Source of the DNA: an uncultured Staphylococcaceae bacterium
GTDB taxonomy: Bacteria > Bacillota_I > Bacilli_A > RFN20 > CAG-826
Assembly: GCA_964386745.1 (NCBI GenBank)
Contig: CAYLSZ010000004.1
Coordinates: forward strand, 1-46,676
Direction: 5' to 3'
Length of the DNA: 46,676 nucleotides
Of this stretch, positions 1-9,988 are shown one piece after another (position 1 is the first letter of the stretch; each line of letters opens with the position of its first letter). The position numbers and the translations under genes were made by a program. Below the pieces are notes generated by a model. The model saw only the letters and a list, made by a program, of their open reading frames with translations. It was not told the DNA's origin and did no database searches.

Positions 1-314
1 TTTTAAATATGGAGTTTTAACACTTTATTTTAGGGGTTACTCCCAAAGTCAGGTTCTATGACATTTTTCAAAAAGAAGTCTTAATACAATTTGAAAAAGT
101 GCGATTAAATCTAGGTTTTTCCATATTTCCAAATATATAAAATTCTAATTTTTATACTTTGTAATAGAGAATAACTCTATTAATTCTATAGTTTCCGCAT
201 GAGGACCAGAACTTCTTTACCTCATATATATAATATAAGGAGCGATAGTCTAACGTTTTAATCCATCCTTATAAACATCTACCAATCACATTAAATTTAT
301 TGTTGTTTTTTTAT

Positions 315-587
315 AGTGAAAACCTTTAAGATTATTCCATGAGCTTATTAAGGCTAGCTCTAAGGGCGCATCCATTAAGTCGAATCACCCTACTATTTAG
401 TTCTAAACTAAATAGATGCTTTGATAACTATAGCCATCATCAATTAGATAATAGGATTTGTTAATCCTATTTTTGCTATGGATGATTGAAGTAATTACTA
501 TTATTACTAGTTCAATTAATAAGCACTCAATTGAGGTTCCATCTAATCAATGGAACTAACATCAAAAATTACGTTAGGTAAATCACT
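315..587 (+). ncRNA. Candidate structured RNA / 5' leader of unknown family
   Basis: Dense set of hairpins (341-360, 393-415, 450-471, 490-508, 536-556) enclosed by a possible long-range stem (AGTGA..ACCT 315-325 with AGGT..TCACT 576-587) that ends just before the SD of the nuclease gene; no ORF; strand inferred from position. Confidence 0.4.
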
Positions 588-605
588 TTAGGAGGAATAA
601 TCTAT

Positions 606-1742
606 ATGAGAAAGTCATATCTAACCATGTTAACGACAATGTTATCTATTTTTTCAATTTGTTCACTACAAAGTTGTAAAACTGAAGAAATAGATGAGCC
701 AGAAATTGCTACTATTACCGATTATTTAAGTAGCGACGAAGAAATCGCTAGTTATTATAGCGCTTTAAATGAATACGATTTATCGACACTTAAGGGCGAT
801 GAATTCCTTTCAGCACTTCAAGTTATTCTTTCTGAAAACCAAGTGCTAGTAAGCTATTATGGCCAAGTTCAAGGCGTTGAAGAATCCCAATCTTGGGATA
901 ACTATCTATTACTTGATAGAAACTGGGATTTATCGCCTTTAACCGAAGAAGAAATTACCGCTTTAGAAAGCGGAGAAACCTTATGGTGGAAAACCGATCT
1001 TATTTATGTCGATGCTTTATACGAAGAAGATGCCGTCTATTTTGATAGAACTAATATTAATAGAGGTGGCACTAATTCCTTACAACGTGAACACGTTTTC
1101 CCTAAATCTTATGGCTTTAATGGAATAAATGGTAATAGTAATGCTTATTCAAGTATTTATGCTGGAGTCGATTTACATAATCTTCATATGTCTGAAGGAA
1201 ACGCTAATACTAAACATAGTAACTATCCATATGGCGAAGTAACTGATGAAAGTAAAAATCCATCCTCTTCTTCTTGGAGCAATGTTCAAAACGGTTGGGT
1301 TGGTCAATCTGAAGCTGGAACATATGTAGGTATCGTTTATGAACCAATCGAAGAAGATAAAGGCGATATTGCTCGTTCTTTATTTTATATGGCAGCAAGA
1401 TACCACGATTATCAAGACGAAAGTTATGGAGAAGGTTATCCTAACCCAGCTTTAAGACTTGATGATACACCAGATGGAATTACTTCTACTCGTGAACCAA
1501 GTGCTACTTCTGAAACTCCTGCCATTTATGGAATCTTATGTGACTTAATGGATTGGAATATCACTGATGAAGTTTCTGAACACGAAAAAATTAGAAACGA
1601 CTTAAACTATCAATTCATTCAAAAGAATAGAAATCCATTTATCGATTACCCATTATGGGCCGATATTGCTTTCAATTCTGAGACCACATATATCGTCGAT
1701 CTTACAAGTCCTGATGGCGTTTTAGATACAAGTTTGGCTTAA
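606..1742 (+). CDS. Endonuclease I family (His-Me finger) extracellular nuclease, probable lipoprotein
   Basis: Motifs REHVFPKS, DLHNL, GDIARSLFYMAARY, RN..Q.NRNPFID; hydrophobic N-terminus ending LQSC; SD AGGAGG upstream. Confidence 0.85.
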   Translation: MRKSYLTMLTTMLSIFSICSLQSCKTEEIDEPEIATITDYLSSDEEIASYYSALNEYDLSTLKGDEFLSALQVILSENQVLVSYYGQVQGVEESQSWDNYLLLDRNWDLSPLTEEEITALESGETLWWKTDLIYVDALYEEDAVYFDRTNINRGGTNSLQREHVFPKSYGFNGINGNSNAYSSIYAGVDLHNLHMSEGNANTKHSNYPYGEVTDESKNPSSSSWSNVQNGWVGQSEAGTYVGIVYEPIEEDKGDIARSLFYMAARYHDYQDESYGEGYPNPALRLDDTPDGITSTREPSATSETPAIYGILCDLMDWNITDEVSEHEKIRNDLNYQFIQKNRNPFIDYPLWADIAFNSETTYIVDLTSPDGVLDTSLA

Positions 1743-1800
1743 TATTTGCTAGATATCTAAATCAACAAAAAACTTTTAAAATATCGCCTGTTTTGGAGCA

Positions 1801-1817
1801 AAAACCCTGCAGATCTC
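1801..1817 (+). repeat. Dispersed motif copy AAAACCCTGCAGATCTC (intergenic)
   Basis: Exact consensus. Confidence 0.9.
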
Positions 1818-1926
1818 ATGTATTTTTAAAGAAAATGATTGAATGACAAGGTAAGGTTGTACTTATATAAATGACTAATTTCAGTATCATTTATGCAAAA
1901 TTTCATCCCCTACCACATCATTCATA

Positions 1927-1955
1927 TTTACAAAAAAATAATTAAATTATATGAT
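1927..1955 (+). promoter_or_regulatory. Sigma-A promoter of thrS leader
   Basis: TTTACA-17bp-TATGAT immediately before T-box leader. Confidence 0.6.
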
Positions 1956-1959
1956 TTAG

Positions 1960-2185
1960 TCGCTAAGAAAAAGACACGTTGTTAAGTCTTAACCCTTTAG
2001 AGAGTAGATAGCCTTGGTGAAATATCTATATCGTTAACTTAACAATACCACTTTGGAGCACTTAAGGTAACTTAACGTCGATTCACGATACGATCATAAA
2101 TGAAGAGATAGTATTTACTATAACTAAGGTGGTACCGCGTAAAAAGAAATTACGTCCTTAGAAATTTATTTCTAAGGACTTTTTT
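1960..2185 (+). promoter_or_regulatory. T-box riboswitch (Thr)
   Basis: AGAGAG and GGTGAAA stem I motifs, ACC (Thr) specifier candidate 2047-2049, T-box AAGGTGGTACCGCG ~2126-2139, terminator GTCCTTAGAAAT/ATTTCTAAGGAC+T-run 2154-2185, upstream of thrS. Confidence 0.93.
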
Positions 2186-2208
2186 ATTTATAAAGGAGAT
2201 AAAGGATT

Positions 2209-4119
2209 ATGAAGGTTAATTATCAAAATGAAGTTTATGAATTAATGGATGGCGAAACCGGCTATGATTTAGCTATGTTAGTCGCTAAAGATCACTATAA
2301 GGACTACGTCGCTTATAAGTTAGATGGGGAAATCTACGATTTATTTAGACCAATCGTTAAAGAAGGCACAATCGAATTATTAGATAAATCAACTCCAGAA
2401 GCTTTAACGATCTTGCATCACTCGACTGCTCACTTATTAGCTAATGCCGTCATCGATTTATATCCAAATGCTAAAGTTGCAATTGGTCCAGCTATTGAAA
2501 ATGGCTTCTATTACGATATCGATTTTGAAGGCGACGTCTTACATGAAGAAGATTTAGCGAAAATCGAAAAAAGAATGAAAGAATTAAGTAAAGCTAATTC
2601 TTATATTAAACGTAAAGAAATTTCAAAAGCGGATGCTTTAACCTTATTTAAAAATAATCCTTATAAAATCGAACTTATCAATGACCTTGAAGATGGCACA
2701 ATTACCATCTATGAACAAGGTAATTTCATCGATTTATGTACTGGTCCTCACGTTCCTTCAACCGGTTTTATAAAATTTTTTAAACTTGAAAGTTTAGCTG
2801 GCGCTTATTGGCGTGGAGATAGTAATAATAAGCAATTAACTAGAATTTATGGTACTTCTAGTTTTTCAAAAGAAGCTTTAGATGAATATCTTGCTTTAAA
2901 AGAAGAAGCCAAAAAGCGTGACCATAGAAAACTAGGAAAAGAACTTGGCCTCTTCTTTATTAGTGAATTTGGTCCAGGTTTCCCATTTTATCTACCAAAA
3001 GGCGAAAGATTACGTCGTCAGATTGAATATTGGTGGGCTGATATTCATGATAAAGAAGACTATAAAATCATCAAAACTCCAATGATTCTTTCTAAAGAAT
3101 TATGGTTAACTAGTGGCCACTGGGATCACTATAAAGAAAATATGTATACAACTAAGATCGATGAAAAAGACTACGCTATCAAACCAATGAATTGTCCTGG
3201 CGCAATCTTAGTTTATAATAATGAACTTCATAGTTATAGAGATCTTCCACTTCGCTATGCAGAACTCGGACTTGTCCATCGTCACGAAGCTAGCGGCGCT
3301 GTAAATGGTTTATTTAGAGTTAGATGCTTCACTCAAGATGACGCTCATATTTTCTGTACTCACGAACAACTTCAAAAAGAGATCGTTAAACTTCTTAAAC
3401 TTTATGACAAAATGTACTCCGTCTTTGGCTTAGATTATTCGATCGTTTTATCAACTAGACCAAAGGAAGGCTATATTGGCGATATCAAAGTTTGGAATCA
3501 CGCTGAAAAGATTCTTGCTAAAGCCTGTAAAGCAAGCGGTAAAGAATTTAAGATTAATGAAGGCGATGGCGCTTTCTATGGACCAAAACTCGACTTCAAA
3601 TTAAAAGATTGTTTAGGTAGAGTTTGGCAATGTGGAACCATTCAACTCGATATGAATTTGCCTGAAAGATTTGATTGCACTTATATCGATAGTAATGGTC
3701 AAAAAGTTCGTCCAATTATGCTTCATAGAGCTATCTTGGGAAGCTTTGAAAGATTCTTAGGAATTATCACCGAACACTTCGCCGGCGCTTTCCCAATGTG
3801 GCTTGCTCCAACTCAAATTTCTATCTTAACTGTTAATAATGAACATAACTTAAAATACGCTAAGAAATTACAAGCTCAACTAGAAAAGAAAGGCTTTAGA
3901 GTTGAGCTCGATGATAGCAATGAAAAACTTGGCTATAAATTACGTTTAACACAAATCAATAAGATTCCTTATACCCTCGTTATTGGCGATAAAGAGGTTG
4001 AATCAAGTGGCTTAACATATCGTAGATATGGCACTGAAAAACAAATTTATTCATCAACCAAGGAGTTCATTAAACTCATCGATAACGAGGTCAAAAAGAA
4101 GCTTCCTTTAACTAAATAA
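2209..4119 (+). CDS. thrS: Threonine--tRNA ligase
   Basis: TGS domain, HSTAH, DLCTGPHV, RDHRKLG, KPMNCP, FYGPKLD, QCGTIQLD motifs. Confidence 0.98.
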   Translation: MKVNYQNEVYELMDGETGYDLAMLVAKDHYKDYVAYKLDGEIYDLFRPIVKEGTIELLDKSTPEALTILHHSTAHLLANAVIDLYPNAKVAIGPAIENGFYYDIDFEGDVLHEEDLAKIEKRMKELSKANSYIKRKEISKADALTLFKNNPYKIELINDLEDGTITIYEQGNFIDLCTGPHVPSTGFIKFFKLESLAGAYWRGDSNNKQLTRIYGTSSFSKEALDEYLALKEEAKKRDHRKLGKELGLFFISEFGPGFPFYLPKGERLRRQIEYWWADIHDKEDYKIIKTPMILSKELWLTSGHWDHYKENMYTTKIDEKDYAIKPMNCPGAILVYNNELHSYRDLPLRYAELGLVHRHEASGAVNGLFRVRCFTQDDAHIFCTHEQLQKEIVKLLKLYDKMYSVFGLDYSIVLSTRPKEGYIGDIKVWNHAEKILAKACKASGKEFKINEGDGAFYGPKLDFKLKDCLGRVWQCGTIQLDMNLPERFDCTYIDSNGQKVRPIMLHRAILGSFERFLGIITEHFAGAFPMWLAPTQISILTVNNEHNLKYAKKLQAQLEKKGFRVELDDSNEKLGYKLRLTQINKIPYTLVIGDKEVESSGLTYRRYGTEKQIYSSTKEFIKLIDNEVKKKLPLTK

Positions 4120-4140
4120 TAGTTAATTAAACCTCAAACT

Positions 4141-4176
4141 AAAAAGCTGGGAATTTTGTAAAAACCCAGCTTTTTT
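4141..4176. terminator. Bidirectional intrinsic terminator
   Basis: AAAAAGCTGGG...CCCAGCTTTTTT between convergent genes. Confidence 0.85.
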
Positions 4177-4181
4177 AATGA

Positions 4182-4198
4182 GAAACCCTGCAGATCTC
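4182..4198 (+). repeat. Dispersed motif copy (intergenic)
   Basis: GAAACCCTGCAGATCTC followed by AACTATTTTTTT. Confidence 0.9.
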
Positions 4199-4223
4199 AA
4201 CTATTTTTTTATAAAAACTTATT

Positions 4224-6035
4224 CTACTTGTATATATAAATTGAGATACAGTGAATGCTAGTAGAGCTATCGTAATATGAAACTCCTATAGTTAAATTAG
4301 ACTCGCTGCTACTATATCTTTCGCTATTTTCATCGTATGCCCAGCCTTCTTCGACTAAGTAATCAGCATAGTCATTATATGCACTTAACATGTTGGTGGC
4401 TCCTTCATCAGTAGTACCGAATTGCAATTGATTTTCCCAATAATACATGCCATCTGTTGCCCAAGCTAATTCAGTTACGCCGTATTCATTAAAATCTATA
4501 CAAGGAACTTCATCCATATCAAGATTCATAATGCTTAAAGCCAATTGATATCCATATGGATAGAATTCGCTCCACTTTGTAGGTGCCACATACGGAATAC
4601 TGGAATTATGATTTGCATTTATAAATCTATCTACAGTCGTTCCAACTTTACTAATAACAGTCATTATGCTTTTAGTCACAACTGTTTCGTTTTCATAATC
4701 CAGATAATCATACAATATCGTCGCACCTAATCCATCTTCATCTAAAACGATCTTTAAAGTGTCATCGACGATATGTCCATAATAATCAAAAAACCAAGTA
4801 TCAATTAAAGTGTAACGAGCAAAATTATATAGATTGTAGTCGCTTCTTAATACATAAGTATTTTCATCGACCAATTCGAATAATTCGGCTTTTACATCGA
4901 GCGTTGGAATATAATCAGCAACAGTTGAATAAGGGTCTAAGCTACTTGCTATACCAGTTAATGTTACCACCTCTCCCTCATAGGAAACTTCAGTTAAATC
5001 TAGTCCGCCTTCTGTGTCTAAATATACATATTCTTCACCAGTTGGATAACTATAATAGAATTTATCTTCAGTGGCTTCGATTATGTATTCGTCGTTATTA
5101 TCTATAACCGTTGCCGTATAGTTTAACTCATTGACTTCATCGAAGAAGGATTGAAGTTTATCTGATTCTTCCGTTGTCTCAAAAGGAACGACAATTGCAC
5201 CTATTGAATATGGATCAGTGACTTCTAGTTCCAAAGTATAAGTATTATCACCGTTCCGTGCTTCGATAGTTATTGTAGAAACTGTACTATCATTATTTAA
5301 TACGAATTCCATATCACTAAGTCGACCAGAATATCCAGTAAATGCTGAAAATAACTCATTATTAAAACGATCGCCATCAGCCATCATATAGGAACAAGTT
5401 CCATCTTCATTTAGCCAGAGATCGTCCTTATCTTTTTTATATTCGCTAAACGGATTATACCAATTGTCTTTAAATACTAAATAAGAATAATTTACTCGAC
5501 CAACCGTGTTGTCGTAGTTTAAATATTCGCTATACATCGAACCATCTTCACTTTCGACGTACCTTAATTCGCTGAGCCTTGTTCCTTCATCTCCTAAATA
5601 TCGATAAAATCTATCCTCAGATAAATAGACTTTAAGATCAGCTTCATAAACTCCATTAGTATACCAAGTGCCTGTAACGGCTAGTCCTCCTGTAAGAGTT
5701 TCGGCAGCAATTTCTAAATTATGAACAATGGTTAAACTATAGGTATCAGAAAGAGTTCCACTAGTTGCAGTTATTGTTACTTCACCTATCGAAATACCTG
5801 TAACGACTCCATCGCTATCAATAGTTGCAACACTTTCATCGCTACTAGTCCAAGTTATTTCATCAGCTCTTTCAGTTGGTGTTGTAATGGCGCTTAAAGT
5901 ATAAGTTTTGCCTACTTCTAATTCGCTAATAGAACCCTCAATTTGTAAGCTTTCGGCAGTAACAACTTCCTCGTTTTCACAAGAAACAAGTGTGAAAGCT
6001 GATAGTAAAGTTACTAGAAATATTATTTTTTTCAT
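4224..6035 (-). CDS. Acidic lipoprotein with N-terminal bacterial Ig-like (Big_2) domain
   Basis: Lipobox LVSC; ITWTSSDESVATIDSDGVVTGISIGEVTITAT is typical Big_2; paralogue of 6187..8049. Confidence 0.8.
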   Translation of the reverse strand: MKKIIFLVTLLSAFTLVSCENEEVVTAESLQIEGSISELEVGKTYTLSAITTPTERADEITWTSSDESVATIDSDGVVTGISIGEVTITATSGTLSDTYSLTIVHNLEIAAETLTGGLAVTGTWYTNGVYEADLKVYLSEDRFYRYLGDEGTRLSELRYVESEDGSMYSEYLNYDNTVGRVNYSYLVFKDNWYNPFSEYKKDKDDLWLNEDGTCSYMMADGDRFNNELFSAFTGYSGRLSDMEFVLNNDSTVSTITIEARNGDNTYTLELEVTDPYSIGAIVVPFETTEESDKLQSFFDEVNELNYTATVIDNNDEYIIEATEDKFYYSYPTGEEYVYLDTEGGLDLTEVSYEGEVVTLTGIASSLDPYSTVADYIPTLDVKAELFELVDENTYVLRSDYNLYNFARYTLIDTWFFDYYGHIVDDTLKIVLDEDGLGATILYDYLDYENETVVTKSIMTVISKVGTTVDRFINANHNSSIPYVAPTKWSEFYPYGYQLALSIMNLDMDEVPCIDFNEYGVTELAWATDGMYYWENQLQFGTTDEGATNMLSAYNDYADYLVEEGWAYDENSERYSSSESNLTIGVSYYDSSTSIHCISIYIYK

Positions 6036-6082
6036 AGGAATACCTCTTTATATTTATTAGTAAAAACCTCCGTTTTTAGCGA

Positions 6083-6099
6083 AAAACCCTGCAGATCGC
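6083..6099 (+). repeat. Dispersed motif copy (intergenic)
   Basis: AAAACCCTGCAGATCGC, 1 mismatch. Confidence 0.9.
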
Positions 6100-6186
6100 C
6101 ACTTTTTTATTAAAAACTGGTAAATACGAATTAGTGTTATTGCAACAATTTTAATTCGATTCTTTTGAAATTTTAAGACACTAATA

Positions 6187-8049
6187 TTAGTAGTAAATAT
6201 AAAGATTCCAGCAGTAATATCCAGATACATCTAACGTGGTTAATTCAAGTTCATATTTTCCATTTGGATCGTCATAAAATCCTGATTCATCATTATATGT
6301 CCAACCTAACCCAACAATGTAATCTACGTAATCACTCATTGCACTAGCTCTATAATTCCGACCTTCATCAGTCGCATCAAAAGTAATTTGGTTTTGCCAA
6401 TATGTATCGTCAAACCCCATAAGACATCCCGTAGCATGATATTGGTTTATATCAATGAATGGTATCTCATCCAAATCAAAACCGCACATTAGATAACAAT
6501 TGTCCCATAATTCTTGACTATATTCGCTCCATTTAGTTGGGGCCGTATACTCGACTGAAGCTGTATATATATAAGCGCTGAAATCATTTATGGTATTTCC
6601 AACGTTACTTATAACAGTCGTTACGGTTCCTTCAAAAACATCGTAATATGTATCATAGAAAACATAAGATTCATAATCATATGTTATCGTAGCGCTTGTT
6701 CCATCATCTGATAAAACAATCCTTAAAGTACCATCAACAATATCTTCATAATAATCAAAGAACCATTGGTCGATACAGAAATGCTCGACGTAATCATAGA
6801 ATGAATTGGCGGTTCTTAAGACATATGAGCCATCTTCTTGAACTTCAAAAATTTCAGCAGCAAAATTGATAGTAGGAATATATTCGCTTACCGTTTTATA
6901 TGGATCAACTGAATCTGCTATACCTGTTAAAGTTAAAGCGGTGTTATCAACACTCGTTATATCTAAACCATCTTCGGTATCTAAATATAGATATTCGCCT
7001 TCAGAAGGCACAGAATAATATAACGTATCTTCATCGACTTTCATTACGTATTCACCACTACTATCAGCGCTATCCGTAACCGTCGCAGTGTAATTTAACT
7101 CGTTGACGCTATTGAAGAAATTTTGAAGTTTAGTCGATTCTTCGGTCGTTTCGTATGGCGTAATATATGGATTAATTTCGCTGGCATCGAGCACTTCGAT
7201 TTCGGCTCTTATATCGTAAGATGTGGTCGAATAGGAGTAATAATAATAGCCATCAATCTCCATACTCTTAAGCGTGCTATCGTTATTTAGCGTTACATCA
7301 ATGCTAGTTGAGTAACCTAAGTATCCCGTAAGCATACCAAATACAAAACTATCTTCTTCACCTACATTTAATGGATAAGTCAACGTATAAGAACCATCGC
7401 TATTTTCACTAAAATACGATGAATGAAGTTCGTATTCGGTGAATGGGTTATAAAAGTGTTCGTCAAAATAGGACAATTTATCATCAATATAATCTTCGAT
7501 ATATTGAATTGGTCCATAATTATACGCTTCGTTATCGTAATAAATATATGAACTATAAATTAAACCGTCTTCATCGGTGTAGTACATATATTCTTCATAA
7601 CCTTCGATGCTATCCATCTCGACATAATAGCGATCAGTCGTCGAATATAAGGTTACATCACTATAATATTCATCATTTATATAAACAGTGCTTTTTAAGG
7701 CTAAATCGCCGCTTAACTCTTCGATAACTTTGTCAAAATTATGTACAACTGTTAGGTCGTAACTTGCAGAAACATCACCAATAGAAGCAGTGATTGTGAC
7801 ATCCCCTATAGAAACTCCAGTAACCGTTCCATTACTATCAACAGTCGCTATATCTTCATTAGAACTACTCCAAGTAACTGTTTCATCAGTATCTTCGCTT
7901 AAAAAAGATACTAAAGTATACGTTTTATCGACTCCAAGTTCGCTAATCGCACCAGCAATCGTAATAGTTCCGTTATATCCTTCTGCCTCTTTACACGAAA
8001 CTAAAGTCAGTGTTGAGAGTAAAGTTATAGCAAGCATTATTTTCTTCAT
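6187..8049 (-). CDS. Acidic lipoprotein with N-terminal bacterial Ig-like (Big_2) domain
   Basis: Lipobox LVSC; VTWSSSNEDIATVDSNGTVTGVSIGDVTITAS; paralogue of 4224..6035; SD AGGAGG. Confidence 0.8.
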   Translation of the reverse strand: MKKIMLAITLLSTLTLVSCKEAEGYNGTITIAGAISELGVDKTYTLVSFLSEDTDETVTWSSSNEDIATVDSNGTVTGVSIGDVTITASIGDVSASYDLTVVHNFDKVIEELSGDLALKSTVYINDEYYSDVTLYSTTDRYYVEMDSIEGYEEYMYYTDEDGLIYSSYIYYDNEAYNYGPIQYIEDYIDDKLSYFDEHFYNPFTEYELHSSYFSENSDGSYTLTYPLNVGEEDSFVFGMLTGYLGYSTSIDVTLNNDSTLKSMEIDGYYYYSYSTTSYDIRAEIEVLDASEINPYITPYETTEESTKLQNFFNSVNELNYTATVTDSADSSGEYVMKVDEDTLYYSVPSEGEYLYLDTEDGLDITSVDNTALTLTGIADSVDPYKTVSEYIPTINFAAEIFEVQEDGSYVLRTANSFYDYVEHFCIDQWFFDYYEDIVDGTLRIVLSDDGTSATITYDYESYVFYDTYYDVFEGTVTTVISNVGNTINDFSAYIYTASVEYTAPTKWSEYSQELWDNCYLMCGFDLDEIPFIDINQYHATGCLMGFDDTYWQNQITFDATDEGRNYRASAMSDYVDYIVGLGWTYNDESGFYDDPNGKYELELTTLDVSGYYCWNLYIYY

Positions 8050-8134
8050 AGGTTGCCTCCTTAATTTAATATATAGTCTTTAAAATAATATTTTATATAT
8101 TAATGTAAATGTAAACGACAAACAAGAATTAATA

Positions 8135-8160
8135 AAAATAAAAAACGCTCGATTTGAGCG
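8135..8160 (-). terminator. Intrinsic terminator after CvpA-family gene
   Basis: CGCTC/GAGCG stem with T-run on minus strand. Confidence 0.55.
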
Positions 8161-8218
8161 CTTCATTTCGTTTTTCTAAATTATCGAATTAACGATATAT
8201 CAATTACATTAATATTAA

Positions 8219-8893
8219 TTAATGAGCAATCTTCATTAAGTATAAAACTCTAGCTTTTTGAGCGATTGCTTTAAAATTATGAGATGTTAAATGGAAGGCC
8301 TCTTGAACTTCTTCAGCAACTTCAGCAACTTCCTCGGCGCCTGAAGAATCTACTCCACTCGTTTTAAGTGTTTCAATTAAATTCAAACTATATTCAAGAA
8401 TCCATTTAGAGAGCGAAACGCCTTCTTCATCTAAGAATTTAATATCTTCATAGAAAGTTTCTTGGAAGCTTTCAATAAGATTTCCAAGTCCGTAACATAT
8501 TAATAAGCCAATCGTTACAAGAAGTAATCCCATAAGTAATCCAGTTATTGCACCAAGCAAATGGTTAAAAAATCCCATTACTTTATTGGCTTCGAGCAAT
8601 TTATTAATAAATACGAATATTATTTTTAATACTAAGAAGATGACAAGGAAGCCGATTAAGAAACATACAATCATAAGTACGATTCTTGCCCAGTCTCCCA
8701 TCGATTCTTGCCATGAAGCATAAAATTCCATTCCAGAGAGCCAGCTTAACAATGGAGAAGTTAGATAATATCCAACAACAATCGCTCCAAAAAAGCTCAC
8801 CCAACCTGAAAGCTTCTTAGCAAAACCTTTGATTGCTCCAATTAAAAGAAATAGTGCTAATACAATTATTACTACGATATCAGTAGTTGCCAT
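8219..8893 (-). CDS. CvpA family membrane protein
   Basis: DIVVIIVLALFLLIGAIKGF N-terminus, NHLLGAITGLLMG motif, 4 TM segments. Confidence 0.8.
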   Translation of the reverse strand: MATTDIVVIIVLALFLLIGAIKGFAKKLSGWVSFFGAIVVGYYLTSPLLSWLSGMEFYASWQESMGDWARIVLMIVCFLIGFLVIFLVLKIIFVFINKLLEANKVMGFFNHLLGAITGLLMGLLLVTIGLLICYGLGNLIESFQETFYEDIKFLDEEGVSLSKWILEYSLNLIETLKTSGVDSSGAEEVAEVAEEVQEAFHLTSHNFKAIAQKARVLYLMKIAH

Positions 8894-8900
8894 AAATTAA

Positions 8901-9656
8901 TTACTTTGCTTTTCCTTGATTTTTAACAGCTTCCATAGCTTTTTTGATTTCTTCAGGATCATTTAAATAATAATCTTTGATATAGTTTCCTTTACTATCG
9001 AGTTCGAAAACTAATGGTTCGCCAGTAGGAATATTTAAAGCGATAATTTCTTCATCGCTTATATTTTTTAAATATTTAACTAAAGCTCTTAAGCTATTGC
9101 CATGAGCAGCAACGATAACGTTTTTGCCAGCTAAGACATCTTTTTTAATAACTTCTTCCCAATAAGGAACAGCTCTAGCCACTGTATCCTTTAAACATTC
9201 AGTTAAAGGTAAATCCTTTTTATCGACATCTTGGTAAGTTCTTTGAAGAGCTGGATTACGTGGATCAGTTTCTTCAAGAGCTGGAGGTTGAACGTCATAA
9301 CTTCTTCTCCATATTTTAACTTGTTCTTCACCGTATTTTTCAGCGGTTTCCGATTTATTTAAGCCTTGTAAGGCACCATAATGTCTTTCGTTTAATCTCC
9401 AAGATTTATAGACAGGAATATATTCTTCACCCATAGCTTCTAAGACGCGATTTAAGGTGTGAATTGCTCTTTTTAAGTAGGAAGTATAAGCGACATCGAA
9501 GTGATAACCTTTTTCTTTAAGGAGTTCTCCTCCACGAGTAGCTTCTTCTTTTCCTTTTTCGCTAAGTTCGACATCTGTCCAACCAGTAAATAAGTTCAAT
9601 TTATTCCATTCGCTTTCACCGTGTCTAATAAATACAACTTTATATGTCTTTTCCAT
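8901..9656 (-). CDS. gpmA: 2,3-bisphosphoglycerate-dependent phosphoglycerate mutase
   Basis: [33 protein letters not shown]; start moved to ATG 9656 after SD AAAGGAG. Confidence 0.97.
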   Translation of the reverse strand: MEKTYKVVFIRHGESEWNKLNLFTGWTDVELSEKGKEEATRGGELLKEKGYHFDVAYTSYLKRAIHTLNRVLEAMGEEYIPVYKSWRLNERHYGALQGLNKSETAEKYGEEQVKIWRRSYDVQPPALEETDPRNPALQRTYQDVDKKDLPLTECLKDTVARAVPYWEEVIKKDVLAGKNVIVAAHGNSLRALVKYLKNISDEEIIALNIPTGEPLVFELDSKGNYIKDYYLNDPEEIKKAMEAVKNQGKAK

Positions 9657-9804
9657 CTTAGATCTCCTTTGCACTCTACGTGCACGCGTAAAATTATAAC
9701 CCTTTAAAAAGATAATGCAACAAAAATATGTCGATAGTGTATCGAATTAATTCTTATACTATGTATAAGAATTATAAGGTAGTCAACGGTGTCAAAATTT
9801 CCTC

Positions 9805-9833
9805 TTGAAATATTCAAATATTTCATTTATAGT
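9805..9833 (+). promoter_or_regulatory. Sigma-A promoter of rpsD
   Basis: TTGAAA-17bp-TATAGT. Confidence 0.7.
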
Positions 9834-9837
9834 AAAC

Positions 9838-9968
9838 GAGCATGTAAATGCAGCAGTTAAATACTTCTTGTCCGATGAATAACATTTAGAAACAAGTAAG
9901 CTAAGCTACAGGCCGAAAGTTGGATTATCTCATCCGAAGATAGGAATTTAGCCTCCGTTTATGTGTTC
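9838..9968 (+). promoter_or_regulatory. rpsD (S4) autoregulatory leader RNA
   Basis: Closing stem GAGCATGTAAA/TTTATGTGTTC with GTAAA..TGCAGC and GTAA elements reminiscent of the Bacillus rpsD leader; lies between promoter and SD. Confidence 0.6.
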
Positions 9969-9988
9969 ATTTAAAAGGAGAAAATTAC

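Noticed and set aside
6130-6185. ATTAGTGT...ACACTAAT inverted repeat between the Ig-like genes
   Set aside because: Short AT-rich arms with a long loop; no evidence of function.
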